Below are positions 24,672-34,920 of a stretch of 64,000 bases of DNA, piece by piece. Position 1 is the first letter of the stretch. Every line of letters begins with the position of its first letter. A model generated the notes under the pieces. That model made no database searches. It was not told where the DNA came from and saw nothing but the letters and a program-made list of their open reading frames with translations. A program made the translations under genes and the position numbers. The stretch is from Setoptus koraiensis. Taxonomy: Eukaryota > Animalia > Arthropoda. The stretch is taken from assembly GCA_048013815.1 (NCBI GenBank), contig CM106585.1, positions 124,001-188,000 of the forward strand, given 5' to 3'.

Positions 24672-26365
24672 GCGCCACCTAGATTAAAGTGGACGGCGCC
24701 GGCCGTTGTCAGTGGTGCAGCAAACGAACTGGCGCAGTTGGCGCGACCTCTCGGCGACCCCGTGCCAACAGGCACCCACTTGCCATTGTTGTCAGCGGAT
24801 ATTTTGTTTCTGCTGGCCAAATTATGAGATTAGCAAAAACATTTCAAACGCACACTGTCTCGTGTTGGCCAGTAATTACAGCACGCGAACACTGTTCGGG
24901 CCAGCTTACCTTTTGAGTGAATTTGCAGTATAGGTTGTAGTTAGGGCAAAGTTATAGGGCTACTGTAACTGTAACTGTGCAACTAGCGCGCAACAGTGAC
25001 CAGCAATATCTGCCGCCAACTGGGGCCCGCAAATATTAATTTAAACATTTTTGTTGCGCAACAAACGCGAGGGGCCCCTCACTTGACGCGTCCTCACACC
25101 GGCCCTCACAAGCGAGTCCTCACACTGGCCCTCACACAGGCCTCGCAAGAGCCAGTGTGAGGACTCAGAGGCCCGTGGCCTGAGCTGTAAATGGCTTGTA
25201 AATCTTGTTGTGGCTCGCATTGTGTATTGATCTGTCGCAGCTCGATCGCGCTTGTTGTGCGTGCAATCGCAAATTCAATTAAGTTGCATCACGTACTGGC
25301 CGGCATTGTGGTGCGACAGTTGGGCAGTGTTGCCGGCACTGGCCCCACACCAACAAACAATAATAAATAATAATAATTTATAACGGCACGGGCTCGAGAT
25401 ACTCGGTGGCCGGCGGTGTCTAGAATTGCGCTGTGTGCGGCATCTAGAATTGAGTTGTTTCAGCCAAACAGTGGAAACAACTCACTAATAAGACGACACA
25501 AACTCTTTATAAACTTAATCACGAGCCATTTCGACCATTTCGGGCCCAACTTGGGCCGGCCCAAGCACAAACTGACCGGCCCAAACACAAACTGACAAAG
25601 AAGAGAAGCGACAAAGTTTTCGGGCCACAAAGCACAAAATTGCATTTCATATCCCTTTATATCCCGCCGTATATTGTAATAGATTATATAATATATCTCT
25701 ATTATATACATTGTGTGTTTATGCACTGTTGTGCTCGTGCTCCAGCGCCATTATCAAAATTATCAAAACTATGATGGGCACGCAACGAGAAAAGAAAAGA
25801 GATTGAAAACTTTCGATTGTGACTGTCAGCGTTTTCTCACTGTTTGCCGCAAATATTGTTGCTGTCCATTGTACACTCTTGCACGCCATTGTATATTGCC
25901 GTGTGTGGTGCATTGCGCCGTCTGCTCGGGGCCTCCATTTGAATTGAATCAACATCATAACACAATATACATTACATATATATATATATTATCCCCTTCA
26001 TAGTTTAATAGTTTGATAGTGGCCCGCTTTTGCGAGTACCCGTTTTAGCGGGCTTTGCCAGCAACGGTAATAATGATGCAGCAGTTAATCATGTTGAATT
26101 AGTTGGCTTCAGCGCCCTCTGTCGGTGCCACAATGTCGCTCAATAGCCTATATAGGCCTATTTGGTCATTATGCAACCACCGTTCACTCTCTATACTTGC
26201 CATACACTGTTATATAAGGTATTATACAAAGTTACACAAACTCAGTTGCACGTGAATTGTGCGATATGGACCATTGGTGACCAGGGTGCGTACCGTGCGA
26301 CACCGTATCATGGGCGCCGTTTATTTGCGATTTGCAGAAATAAAAGAATAACGACACACGAAACA

Positions 26366-26399
<34 letters not shown>

Positions 26400-27560
26400 C
26401 AGAAAAGAGATAAACTTGACCACTGTCAAACTGTTGCCAAAAGCCCCCATTTAGCCAGCCCGTAAACTCTAGAGTCTATAGGCTGTGCATTTACAATAGG
26501 CTATCGCTCTGGCGCTGGCCTGGTGAGATATGCCCGACCGGATGGGCAATTTTTAGACATGGCGACGACGGCCACACTTTATCCGTCGTTGTCAAAGCGC
26601 CTGTCACAGAGGGACAGTGAAAATGAAATCAATTCAACTCGCTCGCTCATTGTTCTCTGGGCCGTCGTATTTAGCACATATTGCACATATTGTGCGTTTA
26701 GCTGTCGACGCTTTTGTTGTTTGCTCCAGTTGTGCTGCCGAGATTGTTGTTGTTGCCGTTGGTGTTGCCGTTGTGGTGTCGCCATCAGTGGACCAAACAA
26801 CAATTGGCCAAAGCCGAAGCTTGCAAAAGTTAAAAGTGACCATCATCAGTGGCGAGTAACATTAGATGACCACACACAAGCAGCGACTCAGCAAGCCAAC
26901 AACATCATTATGTAATGCTGCTGCTGTTGTTGTTGATGCTGCTGGAGACAGCTTTTAAACATACAACACATTGGAGACCCAATACTAAACACTCGATACC
27001 AGATTTCGGCCAAAAGCGTCTATTGGTGCTTGTGTCAATTCGGTGTGTTGTTCGAGTTGCCACAAACAAAACACTGACAGACAAACATGGCGTAACATAA
27101 AGACAACAAATAATAAAGGCTAAAGACAATAACACAAGCCAACTATGGATGGACAACAAAGCGTTTAGCTTGGCTTGGCTTGGCTCGGCTTGGCTGCAAC
27201 TTGATTGTTTAAATCATTTAACAGCGGCAACACATTGTGCACAATCGGATCATTAGACAACGACCAGAGAGAAACAGAGAGAGAGAGAGAGACTAAATTA
27301 AACAACTAATGATTATGATTAACGGGCTCACTGGTCGCCCACTAACGACCACCAAACGTGGCCCCCTGGCGGCTCGGCAGTGGCTCGTGGCAGCCATTAA
27401 TGGTTTGGTCGGTGTGCAATTCGATATCGTAATACGTATGTATATGTGCACGATATATGAATGGTTGTTGTCGGATGAAAAGCCTATCTTGTTGTTGTTT
27501 TTATCGTTGCCAACCATACGTGCTTGTCATGCTGTTGTCGTCGTTGTGTTATTGTTGTCG

Positions 27561-27601
<41 letters not shown>

Positions 27602-27866
27602 GCTGCTGCTGCTGCTGTCGTTGCTGCGTTTATCTGGCGAAAGTAAGTTTTCAAGAGTAAGCAACTCATTCTATCGTTTTGCACCAATCGTGCCAATAAA
27701 ACCCACAGAGGCCCCACAACTTGTAGAGGCCCGAGAAGCCCCCAGGCGAGTCGGTCGCAGCTTGCACGCAATGCTATAGATATAGGCCGGCTATAGATCA
27801 GTGCTATATTGGCCTCAGTGGTGGCAGTTGAATATTGTGAGAGATTATGCAAGAAGTAGAGGGCGC
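24672..27866. promoter_or_regulatory. Candidate CTCF/insulator motifs in divergent orientation (24672-24684 -, 26112-26125 -, 27853-27866 +)
   Basis: ATCTAGGTGGCGC, CCGACAGAGGGCGC and GAAGTAGAGGGCGC resemble the CTCF core AG(A/G)(G/T)GGCGC. Motif resemblance only. Confidence 0.35.
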
Positions 27867-30222
27867 ACACTTGTTTTTATAGTGGCCAGTGGTAAAGTTT
27901 GAGTAAAACCTAAACTAGAGCGACGCGCGCGAGTTATATTATTACTTCAATAGTAATAGTAACTGCCACTAGCAATAGCGATGCGACTATTTGGATTGCT
28001 CAAGTTAGATGATGCATTTAATTTCATTTGTTTTATCTCTCTCTGTCTCTCTCTCTGTCTCTCTCACAGACACTCATTCACTCACTCTCTAATTCAATGT
28101 TTGTCTATAAAAGAATTCTAACTCTCTGCCCATTCTCACAACCAATTCATCACAAACACACGAGCAAACAACCAGCTAGACAGAGAGCGACAGAGACAAA
28201 CAAACAAACAAACAAATAGACTACTAACTAACTGACTCGTTCTCTGGCCGGGGACCAACTTCACAACAGACACCAGCACGACAAATACACACGATGATAT
28301 AAATGTTTTATATAGGCAGCTTAATAGACTGCCACTACTGGCCACTATGACTGCTAGCAGTCATAGTAGCAAAGCACTATTACAGCCATAGGGTAGTTTA
28401 CTTCAGACACTGCAGATAGTTACATAATAATCATATGCCAGAAGTAGTTATAATAATGCACATTACAAACAACCATACTCAATGCAACGGGCAATATCAG
28501 TCACTCCATTTTGGTTGCGTAATGTGCTAGCGTATCATACTAGTATTACACTAGTATTAAATAATAACAGTAATAGTAGTAGCTGTTGTAATAGCGGTAG
28601 TGTGGTGGCTAGAAAATTAATAACTAAATTAGTGTTTGTAAGCTGCTGCTGCTGGTCCAAGACTGCACCACCAAATTATCGATAGTTGTTACTGTTGATA
28701 TGCAATTTGCTACAACAACAACAATTATACATATACTGTTATTTTAATGTTGATGCAGTTGTGCCAGCAACAGCAAGTCAAACCTTTGAACCAGCCATTA
28801 CGTCTAATCACTTTATAGGTCTAATGTGTCAAGCTCCAACCTCCTTCTAGTATAAATAATATTACATTCAAAGAGCCTCAAGGCTCCACGGCCCACATAG
28901 CCTCGCTACGGGCCGGCATACACTGGCGGACAAAATTTTCTCTATGAGCTGCTAGGCCAAGTCATAAGAGAGGTCCAACAACAACATAACCTTTTAATAT
29001 CTACATTAAGAGGCTACTATAATGAACTATGGCCCTGTTTAACATACGGCCAATACCAATGATATCAATGGCTGTTACGAGAGTAGTGAGATATCACAAA
29101 TTTGTTTCCCACGATTAACATATATTGTTATTATTATTATTATTAAACTAAATATTATATACACACATGACAATGTTTTGATGGATCTTATCTTGTTCTC
29201 CCCTAACATCAAAACTCCAGCCATGTTGTTGTTGCTACTGCTAATGAAAGCTCTCTAGCTAGCTTACAACTAGCTTATTTGCCTGTTGTTTGTTTATTTT
29301 CTCTTCTTGACTCCTAATGACAATTGTAAGCGACAAATAACAACAACAACAACAAAAACAACAAATTTTCATTGCCGCTTCCTCATGATAATGACAAGTA
29401 ATGGCCAAGTTAAGCACTTTGACAACTCTCTCTACTTTGCGATGATGATTGCTCTCATTTAGCTGCAATTGATTTATAACACATTTACTTGTCTATCTTC
29501 ATCATCTAAGATTCTCACAATTGATTGCTATACTGTGTTTTACACACAACAATAATGGATGCAAAAAGAATCAACAACAATCTATTGTTATGGCAACTAG
29601 TGATTGACTGTGGAGATAAAAAACAGCATCTCTCTCTAATTACTATAGAGTGAGAACTTGATATCTTGGTCTATTTGTTCCATGTCTCAGCGAAAAAACA
29701 ACATCAAAAAAAGAGATAAAAAAATATCATGTGACACATGTACAACATTTCCTATCATTGTGCTCTAATTTGGGACCGTCTAACGCTATTGTTGCCCTTG
29801 CCGATTTGAATAATATTTGTGGCATTTACATAAGGCAAAGTAGTAACAATTATCATTATTATAAGTGGTGTTTGTTTAAGGAAGAAATAACTCTTATCAT
29901 TTATTTATTGAGTACGATATCGTTTACCAATTACATTTCAATTACTCACTTATGCGATATAAACACATAGTATATAATAGTGGATGGATATGGTCTATTT
30001 TCTCGAACTAATTATCAATGACATATACACAAACAAACAAACAAATCGCAAAAAATCAATGCCATCGCAGATCAATATCTATCGATTATCATCTGCTTCC
30101 TAGTAGAGCAATAAAAAAGTGCTTCTCCTCAATGATGCTACGAGGCTAATACAATGACATTTAGATGACGCAGATCGGATAATAATAAAGCTCATAATGA
30201 TTGGCAATACTTGATTGATTAC

Positions 30223-30840
30223 TTATGCCTTTTGGAAGCGTAGATAGTCTTTTCCGGATGGCAACTCCACCACTCTGGCGCCAGTGCCCTCGCATCCTGG
30301 CTTTACTAGAACCTCGTCGCCTGATTTCCAGTTCTGTGGGGTGACAATTTCATTATTAGACGCGGTCAGCTGTAGAGCGTCGATGAGACGGATAATCTCA
30401 TCGAAATTTCTGCCAGCTGCAGCCGGATAACATACGGTGGCTTTGATTTTTTTGCTTGGATCCAAAACGAAAACGCCGCGCACTGTCTGAAATTTGTCCA
30501 GACCTTCCTCGTACATGCCTGTAATTTTGGTTATTTTATTGTCCTCATCATCGATAACAGGGAATGGTACCTTGCAGCCTGAATAGTGTTCTATGTCTTT
30601 TACCCATTGTTTGTGCGATTCAACTGGATCACAACTCAAGAACACGACCTTTACATTCCGTTTGTCTGTTTCTTTTGTCAATTGGGCCATTCTGGCTATT
30701 TCTGTTGTACAAACTGGCGTAAAATCAGCCGGATGAGAGCATATTAGGCCCCAGCTATCGCCAAGATATTTGTGTAAATCCAATTCGCCCAATGTGGTCT
30801 TACACACGAAATTAGGAAACTCAACTCCTAGATTCAACAT
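30223..30840 (-). CDS. PRDX6: 1-Cys peroxiredoxin (peroxiredoxin 6), intronless
   Basis: 205-aa ORF containing GDSWG..SHPADFTPVCTTE (Prx6 peroxidatic motif) and GRNFDEIIRLIDALQL. Confidence 0.95.
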   Translation of the reverse strand: MLNLGVEFPNFVCKTTLGELDLHKYLGDSWGLICSHPADFTPVCTTEIARMAQLTKETDKRNVKVVFLSCDPVESHKQWVKDIEHYSGCKVPFPVIDDEDNKITKITGMYEEGLDKFQTVRGVFVLDPSKKIKATVCYPAAAGRNFDEIIRLIDALQLTASNNEIVTPQNWKSGDEVLVKPGCEGTGARVVELPSGKDYLRFQKA

Positions 30841-31352
30841 GTTGTTGCTCGCTGAGAACGACGAAACAGATCTAAGGTATAATTAAATTTAGTAATAATT
30901 AGAATTGACTAATGAGCGAGTTAATGAATTGTATTCAAATGTTCAAATGTTGGTATCGAATGGTATTAATGACGGGCGTTTTTGTTATAGTGTGTGTGAA
31001 TGAGTAGATTGGCAAATAACTATACTATTCAGTTGGTTGCGTTGTTTGCTTTTTTATAATGAATGAGAACATTAGAAGATGATTGAGTATATATTGGAGA
31101 ATGGTGAGATGATAAAATGGCGTATTTGTCGTATGTGTGTTGTTTGTTTGTTTCTTTGTTGGTTAGGTTGTTTGTGTGTGTGTGTGTTTAAGTGTTTGTG
31201 CAAAGCATTATTGTAATTAAAAAAGCTATACTTTAGGAACATTGCGCATGGCACTAAATTTAATTGTGCGATGATGAATCATATGTAATATTTGAGCAAT
31301 TGGGACGTGGTAATTGGATAATGGGTGGCAAGACATCATTTATCGCAAATAG

Positions 31353-31970
31353 TCAGCACCTCTTCAGGCGTTTCCTGCTTCGATTCATTGATTTATAAAC
31401 GCGCAGATCCTCTGTATGCTCTTTACATCCCATTGGCCTGTATGATTGCGGTTCACAATATTGTTTATATTGTCCATAAAAAGCCTTGTAACCACCTTCC
31501 AATAAGTATAGTTCGGGATGCATCAAACGCGGATAGTGGTCCCTATTGATATCGCGATCCTTGTTCCTCAAATGTCTAAGTAACTTTGGTGCTCGTTCTG
31601 ATGAAAATTCACAATGAAAAATTAAAACGTGTCGACTGTTGCTATCACTATTAGCTATGGATGGATGAAATGATGATGAATCTGATGACTGTGACATGGA
31701 AAATTTCGTGAATGGTTCGATAAATTCGCGTTGAATGCCATCTTTAGTGTATATGTTGACACTATTAATGATGTGGCCGCCTTCATATTCGTATGGGTAA
31801 CGACAATCGACAATTGTAAACGAGTCTATTGTGTCGCAAAAGCAATTATCTAAAAGCTTAACCAAAGTGGTAGCGTTAATACATTTAAGATCTGCATGCC
31901 GACCTTGTATAATGGGTAAAGCGTAAGGTTTGGATCCATCACCAATGTGATTATGAAATGATAAGTCCAT
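31353..31970 (-). CDS. CDC25: Cdc25/string M-phase inducer phosphatase (rhodanese catalytic domain)
   Basis: IVDCRYPYEYEGGHI, the catalytic loop FHCEFSSERAP, and YPRL..PELYLLEGGYKAF. Confidence 0.92.
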   Translation of the reverse strand: MDLSFHNHIGDGSKPYALPIIQGRHADLKCINATTLVKLLDNCFCDTIDSFTIVDCRYPYEYEGGHIINSVNIYTKDGIQREFIEPFTKFSMSQSSDSSSFHPSIANSDSNSRHVLIFHCEFSSERAPKLLRHLRNKDRDINRDHYPRLMHPELYLLEGGYKAFYGQYKQYCEPQSYRPMGCKEHTEDLRVYKSMNRSRKRLKRC

Positions 31971-33103
31971 AGTCCCTAATTGGTCTGTCTATCTCTTTCT
32001 TGGAATCGGCAGGCTATCAATAGATTGCTTGTATATTGTTAAGTATAATAGATTGCTTGTACATATAATAAGCAAATAAGTATTGACGACCAATATATCC
32101 TAAATATCATCGGTCGTTGGCAGTTATCTTATGCAAAGTTTGTGTGTGTGTGTGTGTGTGCGCGCGTCGCGTGTGTGTGCGTGTAAGTGTAAGTGTGTAT
32201 ATATGAATGAAAAATAATAAATAAATAATTTTATACCTAATTAAAATCTATCTATTCTAATAATAATAAATAATAATCAATAACATGGTGACATCTTGTT
32301 GCTGATAGCGAAAGTTGGAGACAACAAAAGTGAGATCGACAGCACGAGCACACATACGCGCAAACTAATCACATGTTTCTATATGATGAAGACAGTTCTC
32401 TTTACTTTACATTTACTAACGGATATCTTGCGACAGGATATTCACACAAGATATTCATGAGTGGGCAATACCAAACACAAACACTGCAACAATGTGCTCA
32501 AATGGGGCGCGGCACAGAGCACAAGTTGCCCATTGAATCTAATGACGAGTCCAGCTGCATCGTGCCAGCTGGCAACTGCTGCGCGCATTCACGACTGTTG
32601 TGAATATCAACACCGCATCCAATATCCGAGCCGACTGAGGCGCGCCTTGCGGATCCTTTGTGAACTTGCCTGTACCTCTATTGTGCGTGCTGCAACTCAG
32701 AATCGTTGTGAATATCACTCGCGCGACTAGTAAGTATCCACGCACGTTTGAACGGTATTCACGCATGCGTTAATGCAACACATGCCGTCGGCGGCCGACG
32801 ATTTCATTCAAACTTGGCGCTGCTTGCGCAATACGCAATACAGCCAGTGCATAAGAACCATCACTGTCAAATCTCTCTCTTACACGTACAGTACACACTG
32901 TGTTATCGCTAGTGGTCACATTGTTTTTTTTACATGGAACAAGCATGGAATCCTTATTATTATTTTATTGTCCTGTTTAATTAACTTTCCCTTCTGCTGA
33001 ATCTCTCTCTTTCTCTCTCTTTATAAACAAAAGAGAAATTGTCACATTTGGCCACAATTGGCAAACTAGGACTTGGCCCAGACACACAGGCACCCATCTA
33101 GCC

Positions 33104-34878
33104 ATGACTTGTCCAACGAGAATAGTCTTGGCAAACTTAACTGTTTTCGGCCAATTAACCTCACTTAGGACCTTGGCGCCGGCGGCCTCGCTTAGTAATC
33201 ATATGTGCAAACGATACAGCAGCTCCAAAGAAACTCGTCCCTGTAAATACTTTGAACCGAAAAGTAAACACATGATTAAACTATGTGAAACCTACTCTAG
33301 TAAGCGCAGAGTTGTAATTGACGAAATCAAACATTATTATCATGGATTTCGATTGCTCTTTATTGACGCCAGAGTATCGTCACGATATGCTTGGAAGATA
33401 TTGAATGGCGAACAATTGACTAGGAGAGAGCATCGACAACTAGTTAGGAGCACATCAGATCTATTTAGGTTGTTACCATTTTCCGTATTTATTATAGTGC
33501 CTTTTATGGAATTTTTGCTACCCGTCTTTCTAAAATTCTTTCCCGGTATGTTACCTTCAACTTTTCAAACCTCTAAAGACAAAGACACTAAAATCAAGAA
33601 TCAACTTAAAGTTAAACTGGACATGGCCAAATTTCTACAACAAACACTGGATGACATGGCCCTACAATCGAAGGCCGGCATCCATTCTCATTCGGCCAAA
33701 CAATTTGCGAAATTTTTCGAAGAAGTCAGGGCCACAGGCGCCGGTGCCACTAATGAAGACATTATGAAATACTCGAAATTGTTTGAGGATGAAATCACAT
33801 TAGACTCCATGACTAGACAACAACTAGTGGCCTGCTGCAAATTGTTAGAACTGCAACCAATGGGTACTAATGCGTTTCTCAGATTTCAATTGAAAATGAG
33901 GCTCAAATCTTTGACGGCCGACGATCAGAAGATCCTACAAGAGGGTGTTGATAGCCTCACTGCCTCAGAGCTTCAGGCAGCTTGTAGAGCTCGTGGTATG
34001 CGGGCATTGGGTGTACCTATAGAAAGGTTGCAAGCTCAACTTTTACAGTGGCTTGATTTGAATTTAAATCAAAAGATTCCTCCTTCATTGTTGTTATTAT
34101 CACGTGCTTTATTTGTACCAGAAAATATTCCTACAAGTGAGCAACTCAAAGTCACTATACAATCTCTTCCAGATATTGCAGCCATGGAAGTCAAATACAA
34201 TATAGGCGAGGCAGAGGGTAAAGTGGACAATCGAGCCAAACTTGAACTCATCGAACAAGAGGAAGCTGAGATCAAGAAAGAAGAGCTACAAGAATCAGTG
34301 GAAAGTTTCAAATCTAACTATGACGATTCTCTAATTGACTTCGCTGATGAGGTCATAGAGAGGGCAGCTAAACTGAATCAAACTGCCATACTAAGAATAG
34401 TCAAAGAAAAGAGTGAAAAGAATGATTTGACAAAGGAATTTTTGGGTAAGTGTGCCAACACCACAATTCTCGTTTTTCTCACTATATGATGCCTAGAAAA
34501 ACTTCACTAATATTTGATCTCAATCTTTGTAACTTTCCTTATATAGAATCTGTTGACAGAGATCTAGACAAATTCCTTGCTGATCGCGAAGAATTGTTAT
34601 CGGGCAAAGAACCTCCCGAGGAAGAGTATGATCTTCGCCAGATTAAAGAAGAGATGGAAGACTACCATGAAGAGATTGAAGGTCACCCGGAGGAAATTAA
34701 AGAGAAGGGATTACGCGAGTCCAAGGCGGCAAGACGATTGAGTAAACGCGTCGATAAGATGCTAAACAAATTAGATAGTCTAATAGACTCCATAGAGGAG
34801 GCAAAAGAAGAAAAAGAGAAGCAGGAAGAAAAGAAAGATAAGGGGGAGGAAAAGTCGAGAAAAGTTGAGGAGAATTAG
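33104..34878 (+). CDS. LETM1: LETM1 mitochondrial inner-membrane protein; exons 33104-34445 and 34547-34878 (557 aa)
   Basis: [50 protein letters not shown] and [16 protein letters not shown] phase-1 GTAAGT..TATAG intron joins the second ORF in frame ([10 protein letters not shown]..). Confidence 0.92.
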
Positions 34879-34920
34879 AATAAAACTTTAATCATTGATA
34901 CAAATCTATTCATATAACAT

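Noticed and set aside
6346-29970. Many 60-237-aa ORFs in the track (e.g. 16043-16756, 22137-22805, 23319-23894, 27309-27779)
   Set aside because: They overlap on several frames and both strands, often start at non-ATG codons, are rich in C/R/A or are microsatellite translations, and show no recognisable domain. This is expected in GC-richer non-coding DNA.
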